From Hydrolagus affinis (Eukaryota): a stretch of 64,000 bases of DNA. A model generated the notes under the pieces. That model saw nothing but the letters and a program-made list of their open reading frames with translations. It was not told the origin of the DNA and did not search any database. The stretch is from contig JAAILG010001166.1 of NCBI GenBank assembly GCA_012026655.1, positions 1 to 64,000 of the forward strand, written 5' to 3'. Positions 51,210 to 62,237 of this stretch are shown here, in pieces (positions within the stretch are counted from its first letter, which is position 1; each line of letters begins with the position of its first letter). The position numbers and the translations under genes are program-made.

Positions 51210-51560
51210 ACAATAATAATATTTTTTGGCATTTGATAGAGCGCCTTATCATGTAGCCCAGATGTCTCAAAGTGCTTCACAAAATAAGTTGTAAAGTGAA
51301 TTGACTGTATTTGTGGGCGATAAGCTGCAGCCAATTGCATACAGCAGTGAACCCACAAACAGTTGTCGTTTGAAGCAACCAAATTTTTTAAAAACAAATT
51401 TGAAAGGATTATTACCCCCAGAAAGTCGATCAACTAACAACCGGGTTCCTACTTACTGGTACGTAAACAGAAATGTATTGAGTGAGGAAAAATTGCCTAA
51501 GGTTTCTCCCTGCCTGGGAATCGAACCCGGGTCCTCTCGCTTGCGAGGCAAGTGCTCTTT
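51210..51560 (-). mobile_element. SINE, long form, near full length
   Basis: Reverse tail, long segment and tRNA head (GGTTCGATTCCC). Confidence 0.88.
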
Positions 51561-52324
51561 TCGAATAATCCCACGTGATGAAGAATTACAATGCGTACAA
51601 AAACAGTCACTGAGCTTCACAGTAAATGCTGTGAAGTGCTTTGGAAAACAGTCGCCTGATGTCAAAGGCGCAGCAACAAACGCAAGGATTTTTATTAAGT
51701 CAATTTTATTATTTTAACAAACAAGATGGAGAACCTATTGCATTACTTAGGGAGTTTCTATAGAATTAATACGTGAGGAATAATCATTCCTCTGTGTATA
51801 CATTATAGGTAACTAATGACTAGTAATCCCGATGGCTGGACTGAATGCATTGCGGAATGGGTTTCAAAGAAACATTTCAATTTTTGTGAGTGGATTCATA
51901 CAAAATAGGAGATTGGCCATCATATCACCACTGATCTTTAATAAGCAGCTAATCCAATATATGCTTTTACCTTTAGGCAGTGATTTTAAATATCACATTT
52001 ATTCAGTAGCTGCAGAATTCTTTCCCTTCCACTTCCTCCAAATGTGGACCCCCCCACCAAGTCTGGCTCACTAGCCTGGTGAGCTGGTAAAGCCTGTAAT
52101 GCTAACCCCCTAATGTGATAATAGGCATCTGTTATTAATTCAGAAGCATATAGCTCGTCAACTGTGGCAATCTCACAGTGTGCCAATAAATTAGATACCT
52201 TTCCAGAACAGCCACCCCTCCCATCCCTCTAAAAAAAAATAGCATGTTTACATCACTTTTTATTCCCAAATAAAAAGAAATAACTCTGCACTTCTTGAGA
52301 AGCTGGTAGACTAGGCTGGGAATA

Positions 52325-52606
52325 CAATAATAATCCTGGCATTTGATATAGCGTCTTATCACATTTTCAAGATGTCTCAAAGCACTTCACAGCTTCATTA
52401 TAATATACTGTGAAGTGAATTGACTGTATATTTTGTGGGCGAAACATGGCAGTCAATTGCGCACAGCAGTCATGGATTGAAGTGATTGATTTGCTTTTTT
52501 TTGAAAGAATTATTACCCCTGGGAGAGCAATCCACCAATCGACTATCAACCAGGTTCCTATTTACTGCTAGGTAAACAGAGCTGTGTGGAGTAAGGAAAC
52601 TCGCCC
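52325..52606 (-). mobile_element. SINE, long form, 5'-truncated
   Basis: Clean copy of CTGTTTACCTAGCAGTAAATAGGAACC on the minus strand. Confidence 0.88.
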
Positions 52607-53650
52607 GAATGCAATTGAGATGCTGTAATTGGTCTCAGTGAAAACTGGATTCAACAGCAGAAAATCAATTTGTTTATCATGAAAATTGGGATCCTCAACA
52701 GTCGCTCTATGTTTTCAGGCTGAAACACTGGACTCATTTAAGAAGCAACTGGAGGCTGTGATGGGATGACAATAGGGTTGGTGTTCTTCAAGGATGAGGT
52801 CAATTCAACTGAAGGGGCTTTTATCATCATGTAATCTTGTGACTTAAGTGTCACAGTGCTGTTAAAGTACTCGGATCAGTGGACTAAGGCGAAGGTTCCA
52901 GTCTTCATAATGTACTGTCTGATGGAAAGAATTTTAAACGCACATTTTTGCACTTAGACAATACAACCGCAATAACTTGCGACGTTAAGTTCACTTGCGA
53001 AGTTAATCAGATGCCTATATCCCCGCTGTAACAGTTGGGAAGGGATAGCTAAAGTTAAGCTTCACTAGTTTTATTCAAGAGTTACACTAAATAATTCAAT
53101 TGGATTTTTCTGACCAACGCTGCGTCTTGTAATTTAATCTTGTAATGTCGGATGTTGCTTTATGATAATTGACTTCCATGTTCGTCCACTGAATATATAG
53201 TTACACGCTTTATGAGGCCTCCTGTAAAATACTTTTAAGAGGTTTCTACTGGATCAGCGCCCTGGGACATCCTCCCGATGCGAAAGCCGCTCTGCAAATG
53301 TAATGTTGTTGTTGGATAAGTTGTTGTATCAAATTCAAGGAGTATCAGCATTAGTTTTATTATTTTTAGCAAGAAAAAAAATCTATAGTTGTACAAGGAG
53401 TTCGAATTGGAAACTTTCACTGTTTAACTGTTTTGACTTTTATAATGTGGTTGTTCCTTGAAACAGCAATTTACATTTGTATAGCGGCCTTGTGAAGGCG
53501 GGAGAGGGTCTCAGAGCGCTTAATAGAGCCTAAAGCTGAGCTGTGGGAAGGGAGGAGGTGACAGTAGCACAGTCGAAACCTAACCCACTGAGCACCAGGT
53601 GAACATGCTGGTTGACATCTTTGTCTCCTCCTTTGACAGGAAATTCCAAT

Positions 53651-53898
53651 TATAACTTGCCTGCTCTCCTTCATTGTTTCTTTGGTCCATTTTAGGAGCT
53701 GCGCACAGAGCACTGAAGGTGACAAGGCTCCAGGCAGCAAAAATGACGACTAACTAGAAGGACTGAGCTTTCTGCGTTCAAACGTCGTCACATGAACGGG
53801 CTGCTAAATATAACCGCAGTCAGCTATTCCCGCAAAGCAGAATTCTCTTTCAAAATCTTGTGAATGAAGACAAATCACACTCCAGCAGAAGTTTGGCG
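53651..53898 (+). other. Strong splice acceptor (tag at 53693-53695) and 5'UTR part of the ATG-containing exon
   Basis: Branch-like TATAAC, then an ~35-nt polypyrimidine tract and ttttag|GAG. A second possible acceptor lies at 53639. In-frame stops at 53755 and 53764 rule out an N-terminal extension from this acceptor. Confidence 0.6.
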
Positions 53899-54006
53899 AT
53901 GACAAATTCAACGACGGTGTCTCCAATTGATGAGAGTAACGAAGTGGCGGGATTTGTCCTTGTGCCTTTTTTCCTGCTGACAATAATCGGATTTACTATT
54001 GCAATG
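53899..54006 (+). CDS. SMIM29: SMIM29-like small integral membrane protein, coding exon 1 (MTNSTTVSPIDESNEVAGFVLVPFFLLTIIGFTIAM)
   Basis: ATG at 53899 (gcgATG), 36 codons, phase-0 donor ATG|gtaaaa at 54007. Has an N-terminal NST sequon and a hydrophobic TM segment. Closely resembles the human SMIM29 N-terminus as recalled (MSNTTVP...VGYVLGPFFLITLVG). Confidence 0.92.
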
Positions 54007-54755
54007 GTAAAACATAATTTTATTATTTGTGCAATTTCAATACGGACTGAATGTTAGAGGACCTCCAGGCGCTCGGTCTTGTGAGTACAGAACTGTACTG
54101 TGGTTTGGGATAAATAAAGCAGTGATAGGCAGCGAGTGCTTGCCTTTTACAGAATAACTTAATTGACTTGAAATTTAAACGATATAAACGCTGACACATC
54201 GAACGCTGCTGTGTACGATAGATGTCAGGTAATGTAGAGAAAACCAGCAGTTGGGAAAGCGACTTTGTTTAGGGTCCAAAACAAAGTCTAGAAATACTGA
54301 AACCATTGCTTAAAGGGAAGTTTGTTCGCTTGTACGTGAATTCAGTGTGTCACACCGCAGTAAGGAATTTGTACTGTAGAAATTGAATGCAGCTAAACCA
54401 GTCTGCTTGGAAAATCAGTCGTTGTGGAAGACAAAAGTTACTTGTGAGTCACTTCAAAATGTTTTGGTGCAATAATGCATTCCCTTGAAGGCGCAACCCT
54501 TTTCCTTACGAAAAAGAAAGAAATCTTTGTAAATGTTAAGCGCTGACAAGTTAAGCGGATAAAATCCAAATAGTTATTGGTCAGACGAGGAAAGGGTACA
54601 GGACATCTTTTCATTAAGGAGCACAGAGTGACATATGAGAGCAAGCGGGGAGGAAGGGAAGGAGATTCAATGCGTTTCAGAGACTGTTTTAATGAAGAAA
54701 GAAAGACCAAATGCCACAGACAATGGCGCAGAGCTGTTTGCTTTATTTAACTCCC

Positions 54756-54990
54756 GAGTCCTGTAGCTCAGTGGTTAGTGGAATTATTTTCCAATAATTC
54801 TGTCAAAAAGTAATAAATTGATCACTTCAATACACGGCTGTTTGCGGGACACTGCTGTGCGTAATTGGCTGCCATGTTTCGCCCATAAAACATAGTCAAT
54901 TCACGTTGACAGTATATTCTGTGAAGTGCTTTGAGATGTCTCAGAGGTATGAAAAGGCAGTATATCAAATGCAAGGATTATTATTATTCT
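54756..54990 (+). mobile_element. SINE with central deletion, in the intron after SMIM29 coding exon 1
   Basis: GAGTCCTGTAGCTCAGTGGTTAG head joined to the 3' module. Confidence 0.87.
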
Positions 54991-56236
54991 TTCGGAGGGC
55001 GGATGCAGAGCTATGACACACTTTTTAGACTCGCAGGGACAATGGCCATGTCGGTTTTGAGTGAGTTACCAGAGAGCAAATCGTTTCCATTGAACAAAAT
55101 CACAACTGGACACACATCGTCTGAAGACAACAGAAAAGGAGAAGGAAAAAAAAACCTCAGAGGGCTTTAGAGGTGAAGTTCATTTCCTTTGTGAGGAATT
55201 CCATAGCCAATGCGATGATCCAGAGACGCAACAGGAATGTTTCAAGCTTGATTTCACTCTCAGCCCATTTTTGCCTGGCTAACCCTCGTAAAGTTTTCAT
55301 TGAATTCTTTGTTGATGTAAAAATTTCAGTAAAATCCAGGCCTTGAGGCATCCTACGCCCTGCCCTCACTTATCTTCGAAGGGACAGTGTCCTTTAAAAC
55401 ATTGCAACAATTTTAAAACATTGTTTTTCTTTAATTAACTTTATATAAACTGTGGATTGAACGGGCAGATGGATCTCTTTGGGATTTTACTGGGGTCCTC
55501 GTAATTCAGGGCTGTAGTAATTCTGTGAGATCTAGAGCATTGGATCTTCTCTGACAGATTGCTTGTTATCTCCCTGACAGTCTGAACTGCGATTGACGAG
55601 ACTTGTAACTGGGTAAAACTGCCAGTGCTTTAAGAATCCTTTGTTGTTTTGCCAGAGGACATCCCTCTGTGCTGTTATTGCTGAACCTAAACGGCCACTA
55701 CAGTGTTTCAGTTTCATTTTCGTTTTCAGTTGTAAATTGTGAGCCAATGTCTTGTTGATGGTCATAATATAATAATAATCCTTGCGTTTGATATAGCGCC
55801 TTACCAGTCTTCGAGACGTCTTTGGGATGTCTTTCCGACTTGAAGGTCGCTATACAAGTGCAATTCTGTTGCTGCTCTTGTTATTTTGCTTCACAAAATC
55901 CACTGTTAAGTGAATTGATAATGATTACAAAGGAGATGGAGGTGGAATGCTCTGCCAGTGAGATGACAGAAGCAGAAAGAGTCCAGTAGGAGTTTCAAGA
56001 GGAAAATAGAGAGATACATCAAAGATTAAGGCTTGATGGGATATAGGTATAGGGTAGGGCAGTGGGAGTGAAGTACTGCTTGCTCCTGGATCATTCTGAT
56101 CTGAATGGCCTCCTTCTCTAAGATGTCAGTTTCTCTAATTCTAGGCACATCTCATGATAAGGGATTGATGCAGAAATGCCTCGATGCAAATTTCCCGTAC
56201 TATCTGAATAATTATGTTTTTCTGCTTTTCGTTTAG

Positions 56237-56262
56237 ATCATGTATATTCAGAGGAGACGCAG
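56237..56262 (+). CDS. SMIM29: SMIM29-like coding exon 2 (26 nt; IMYIQRRR+AG)
   Basis: Acceptor ttttcgtttag|ATC, donor CAG|gtaact, phase 0 to 2. Encodes the end of the TM helix and a polybasic stop-transfer cluster, matching human VMYVQKKKR. Confidence 0.9.
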
Positions 56263-57415
56263 GTAACTACTGCCATGCTAAGACGGAGCTAACGTGTGGT
56301 ATCTATACTGTGGAACGTATAGGGTTAATGCACAAATACCTTATAGTTTATAGATTCGCACGCAAATCTGGAAAATGCGTCTGCTTTGGTTCATGTTTAA
56401 TAATAGTTCAAAGATATGTGGGAGAAATAAATTAATCAACATGCAGCAGAGTCAAAAGCATATTTGGCCCTTTCCCTCAACCAAAGTGTGATTTCCTCGC
56501 AGTTTGTTTAAAACCATGGGTTTGGACAAGTACTGATGTCTGTTTGATACCAGCTAACACGTCAATTTATTGCTAAATTTGGTTGCTAAATTGCGATACG
56601 CCGTTGGTTCAGTTGGTAGCATTTTCACTTCTGAGCCAATAATACAAGCACAATACAACACAAATAACATTTGAATGGAGCCTTTCAGGGCGAGAGGACG
56701 TCCAGAGGTGCCATGATTCAAATTAACTGTTGAAAACCAGGTCCCGCCTGTCTGTTTAAGTCTGCGTTAAAGATCCGAAGTGTTGCGACTTTCATTTCAC
56801 TAACTTAATATAAGAAATCTAAGACAGGTGGAAATTTACCCTGATAATCTCTTGATGTTTGATAGTGAGCCATACCAAAATCTGCCCAGACACATCAGTG
56901 ATTGAATTTCACGCAGCAAACAGCACAGTGATTGTACAGTTTCAATGATTTTTTAAAAAGTCCGAATTGTGAATCATTTTCAGCCGGTTGCATCCATCAT
57001 TGTACTGGGACAGTGCTAGCTTCCTGCTGTTTACTCTGGAGTACAAGGATTAAATAACGCATCTGTCAATATCGGAGTCGCATAGAACCAATCATCAGTT
57101 TCCTGCCAGTGGAGTTTGGAAACCAAAGCAAAGAAGGGGAAACGATGCGCGCACACAGTTTAACGCATTGGAAGTTCATTAAAACTTACCATGATGTAAA
57201 GCCATTTCCTATTCAATGGATTCTGCGTTTGTATTAGGCAGTGCACAATTTGTGTCTCAGTTACATCTGAAAGCATCTACAGGAAATGGGGGAAAGATTA
57301 GCTACATTTCAGGACATCCCAAGGTAGTCTTTACATTATCTGTAGTTTGCCAGAGACTAGAAGAGGTTTTATTTCTGACTTGTTAATGCATTTGAGTTTG
57401 GTAGAATCTAACTAA

Positions 57416-57604
<189 letters not shown>

Positions 57605-57844
57605 TAATGTAATAATACAAATAATAATACAATAATCCTTGCATTTGATATCATGCCTTATCACTTCTTCGGGACATCTCCTCCCTCTCTGCCCTCCCTC
57701 TTCCCAACCCTTATTATTATTATATGCTATGAAACGCTTTGAGATGCTTTGCATTTATATCTATTGGTATATCTACCTACTTCACTCTTGAAAGTTCTTA
57801 TCAAATGGACTTCCATCACCTTTCGATAACAATTTTCAATAACT

Positions 57845-58098
57845 TAATAGTAATCCTTGCAATAATAATTTGAATATACAGTAAAGTGAATTGACTGTAT
57901 ATTTGTGAGCAAAACGCGGCAGCCAGTTACGCACGTCAGTGTCCGACAAACAGTCATGGATTGAAGTGACCAAATTCTTGTTGCTTTTGTTTGATGCATT
58001 ATTGTCAGGCGTGTGGAGTAAGGAAACTTAAGGTTTTGTCCCGCCAGGAATCGAACCGCTTGTGAGGCGAGTGCTCTAACCACTGAGCTGCAGGACTG
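57845..58098 (-). mobile_element. SINE, short form, in the last SMIM29 intron
   Basis: Reverse head and core; tail hairpin deleted. Confidence 0.87.
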
Positions 58099-58884
58099 CC
58101 ACAAGCTTCCAAACTAAGGGGATAGGACTAGGAACTGATGATGCAAAAGTATGGACGATCAGCATGTAAAGGCGGGAGAGCACTGCCATCAGCCTCCTGC
58201 CTGTAGCTTGGATATATCATCACCACCCTACTCACTGAGCCCTGACTCAATCAGCTAGAAACCCAGAGTTTTAGCAGCAGCTGCTTATATCTGCCTGTAC
58301 GTCAACAAAGATGGTTCCAAGCACTGGGCATGTGTTCACAAAGTGCCTTCCAACAGCTGTTGTCCCAATCTTCCTCAGCTATGTAACATTTAAAAACCAG
58401 AGCTGAGTGCAACTTGGGAGGCGGAACAGATGGCTCAGGCTGTTTAACGCTTCTACCCGAGACATTTCTTTTTCATTGCTAAAAGCGCAAAGTTAAATTA
58501 TGTTTCGGTGGTGAGCGAACTAACAGCTTTTGATCTACTCTCAAATCAGCTGCATCTTTCTGTAAAACTTCCTGCCTCCACATCCCCCCCCCCCTCTTTC
58601 TCTCTCGCTCTCACACGCGCACACGCGCGCACAGCGTCATTGAACCTAGATTCGGACTGAGCCACAGCGGTCGAAAACTACTAGTAATTAACTGACACGC
58701 ATTTTTTGAGACACGCATTAATTGACATAGAGAGAGAGTAGGGACCACATGAAGCACAAGGAAATATCTATTTAAAATACAGTATATGGAAAGCAGAGTG
58801 TGGGAATCGTGTCTTTTAATATGCAAATCTACATCAATTATATTTTGTCTCAAAAAACATGCCTCAACTGAGTATACCGGTTTT

Positions 58885-59155
58885 GTTTTGAGTATTCGGA
58901 CGAGTATGAACCTTGGATAAGTTTCCTTACTCCACACGTCTGATAATAATGCCTTGAAAAAACCCCACAATAAACTGGTTATTTCAATCCACGACTGTTT
59001 GTGAGACGCTGCTGTGCGCAATTGGCTGCTGCGTTTTGCCCACAAATATACAGTCAATTCACTTTACGGTGTATCCTGTGAAACGCTTTGAGACGTCTAG
59101 AAGATGTGAAAAGCGCGACATCGAATGCAAGGATTATTATTATTATTAATAATAG
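58885..59155 (+). mobile_element. SINE, short form, in the last SMIM29 intron
   Basis: Core, 3' module and (TTA)n. Confidence 0.88.
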
Positions 59156-59304
59156 TATTGTTTTGAATGAAAATCTTGCCTCGAGACAATATGACCGCAT
59201 ACATACAACGGGTTTAACTAGCTAACTGAGACAGGATTAACTCGGAGTGTTGGAATCTGGCACTGAACGGTAACAACTGTTTGCACTGTTTATTGTTTTC
59301 GTAG

Positions 59305-59373
59305 GTTATACAAGGCTGGGGAGCATCACAACAGCATAGGAAAGCATTTTTTGCAAAGGAGTACAAAGCATAA
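59305..59373 (+). CDS. SMIM29: SMIM29-like last coding exon (VIQGWGASQQHRKAFFAKEYKA*)
   Basis: Acceptor ttattgttttcgtag|GTT, TAA at 59371-59373. PK|VIQGW matches human PK|VVHGW, which favours SMIM29 over its paralog C3orf18. The spliced product is 102 aa. Confidence 0.88.
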   Translation, partial: VIQGWGASQQHRKAFFAKEYKA

Positions 59374-59665
59374 TCATCCAGTTACTCTTCGAAATATCAT
59401 CCAAAGCCTCTGCAGTTGCTGGTTTCTGTGATTTCACGGAAAAACTGTTTCTAAAAGTCACTGAGAGGAAAGAAAGCTCCCAAGACGCCCATGTTTCATC
59501 AGTACACATGAACGAAATGTGACTGCATGCTTTCATGTAACCGCAGACTCTACCCTCACTCTGTTTGTTTTACGGGGACGCGGTTACGGAAGGTTATAGA
59601 TGTTCCACTGTTTCTGTTTGACTTGTATTTCAGGCAGAACTGATGAATTTGAAAGTCTGCAAATG

Positions 59666-59671
59666 AATAAA
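59666..59671 (+). terminator. Candidate polyadenylation signal AATAAA of the SMIM29-like gene
   Basis: First AATAAA seen ~290 nt after the stop codon, followed by T-rich sequence. Confidence 0.5.
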
Positions 59672-59822
59672 TATGCACCATTTCAATGCAAAACTTTATT
59701 TTGCACTTCAAGGAATACCGCTTTCTGTTCAAATATCGCTAATGGGCCTTTCCATCGAGATTAAATTGTGTTGGGGGTATTTTTTAGGCAGTAGAAACAG
59801 TGAAGTGAAAATGCAAATTACC

Positions 59823-59875
59823 GCGCGCGTGTGTATGTGTGCGCGCATGCGTGTGAGAGAGAGAGAGAGAGAGAG
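59823..59875. repeat. Compound (CG)/(TG)/(GA) microsatellite
   Basis: Direct reading. Confidence 0.9.
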
Positions 59876-61194
59876 GATGGGGGTATTTGAAGCCATCTGT
59901 TCAGGTTCCGCATATGTAGAGGAATATAATACATGTGTTCTTTTTTGTAAAATACAGAATTTTGAACGTCGAAAGGGTTCAAGATTAAGCTGCGGGTTTG
60001 TCAAGCAAGTTGCTGGTGTGTGTTTTATGTATTATCCCAAATTGCTTGCTGATATACCATGACCTTGGATACAATGTGCAACAACGGAGAGCCTTTGGAT
60101 AGTCAATGTTCTGCCGTGAGGGGGAAGAGAGGCTGTTGGCTAGCTCCTCTTCAGGGAATAATCTTGCTGTTTATCAGCGAAACATTCTTCAAGAGCCACC
60201 GTTTTTAAAAAAATATTAACGGCGAAAACAAGCTTCGCATTCCTTCCCCTTGACAGACCGGAGTCCCCGGGTGGCAATGCACCACCCAGAGAAAATTGGT
60301 CGTTTGCTTCATGGCTCTTTGTGGGACATTGTTGTGCTTAAGATATGGCAGCCTACAAATGCACAGTTACCACACTTTACAGTAAATACCGGGAAGCACT
60401 TTGAGACATCTGAATGAGTGACAAGGCGTTAGTTCAAGTGCTGGTGAAAACTGCGTTTGATACGTTCCAGAATTAGCTAAGCAGCGTTGAGCCCCTCCAG
60501 GGAGAGAGTGCGCATTTCCATATCAACAACCCATCTCTGGGATTTCCACGTGTGGGTGGAATGCATGGAAATCTCAGTTTGGTTTGGATTCTCCCGAGCG
60601 CGGTGAGAATCACCCACCCGCCCGGCTGACACCCACCCGGCTGACACCACAAAACATGACCGTTTCAGAGGGAGGGAGGGAGGAAGGAAATTCCTAGCAT
60701 GGAGAGTTGCGGATTCAAGCAGGAAATTCTTGCCTTTTTCTTGTGTGTGTCTGTGTAAATTGCATTTTTTTTAAATAAAAGGGATTGTGAACATTTTACC
60801 TGATGTTATTCGGACCAGACCTTCTCCATCCCTTCCTGACAGGAGACATGGTCGCGGGCCAAGATCCAGCATGTCTTTTTCTTCCTGCTGTTCTCGTCTA
60901 TCTCTCCCACTCTTCCTCCCATTCACGCCAGACCAAATCCAATTTTACACATGTGGCAGACAGATTCCTGTGTCCGTGGTGAAACCTGCCACTACAGACG
61001 CATTTCACGTGGATAATCTATCCATTCAGTTGTAACTTTGGACAGAGGGACAAAAAAATTGGTGCGGGGCAGGCAAACAAATAGCTTGGAAAAGACAATA
61101 AGCAGCTACTATTTCTCTCGAGTTAGGTGATGCCTCGCTCTTCAGCAATCACTGAGACCCAATAAGATACACAATAAGCAGATGTGAACTTGCG

Positions 61195-61375
61195 CTCACA
61201 TCAGAACCCATCTCAAGACCCCTCTCTTTGTCCGGGCCTTCGGTCACCCTCCTACCCCTACCTCCCTGATCCCAACCACCAGATCGAATGCGGATCCTTT
61301 TCTGTCCAACGCCTTGAGACATCCTCCTGATGTGAAAGGCGCTGTACAAATCTAATTTGTTGTTATCGTTGTTGA
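61195..61375 (+). mobile_element. L2 3' end
   Basis: Same C-rich UTR, hairpin and TTG tail. Confidence 0.8.
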
Positions 61376-61949
61376 TGTGTTGAGAGACCTTCTGAAGTCA
61401 GGTGCAAAAGAGGTGCTTATTTCAAGTGTCTCACATCGCGCTGATTGTTGTGTGAAGTTTCCATATGAACAAAACAACTCAGAGCATTTCCTATAAGCTC
61501 TGACTATGTAATGTCTCTGTGCTGAGAGGGCAGGTCTGTTGCTGTGCGCTTTCTTATTAAGAAAGAAACATTTGAGATATTGTACTGGAGTTATTCTCTG
61601 TGGGTTTGGAGCGCCACCCAGGCCATACGTCAAAATATTTGGTAGTAAAACCCTGATGCCAGGTTCTCCTGACTGGATCTGATCATTGCAACTCGGGGGA
61701 CTCGAAAATTCTTGATGTGATTCAAAAATTAAACTTGCTAAGAATAAACTTTGAAACCACAGGTATTCCAGGTGGCTGTAAGTAATCTAAATGCCAACTT
61801 TCTCCATATTCTTCTGTGTTATGTGACCCAAGGCGCTTTCGTTCCATTTAGTATTATTATTATTATTATGGTTTTAAGTGTTCCAATATCCTTCAGCACA
61901 AAGAATCGTGGTCATCACACAACTATCTTTAAAGTTAAGGAAGAATTTA

Positions 61950-62237
61950 TAGAATCCTTGCATTTGATATAGAGCTTTTTTCACGTCTTCTGGACGTCTC
62001 AAAGCGCTTCACAGAATATACTGTGAATTGACTGTATATTTGTGGGCGATATGCGGCAGCCAATTGAGCACAGCAGTGTCCCACAAACAGTCGTGGATTA
62101 AAATGATCGATTTTATTATTATTTTTTTTTGGGGGAGGGATTATTATTAAGCGTTTGTAGTAAGGTTTCGCCGTGATGTGCCTGGATTCGAACACAGCCC
62201 ACACTTGTAAGGCGAGCGCTCTAACCACTGAGCTACG
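61950..62237 (-). mobile_element. SINE, short form, near full length
   Basis: Reverse tail through to box A. Confidence 0.88.
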
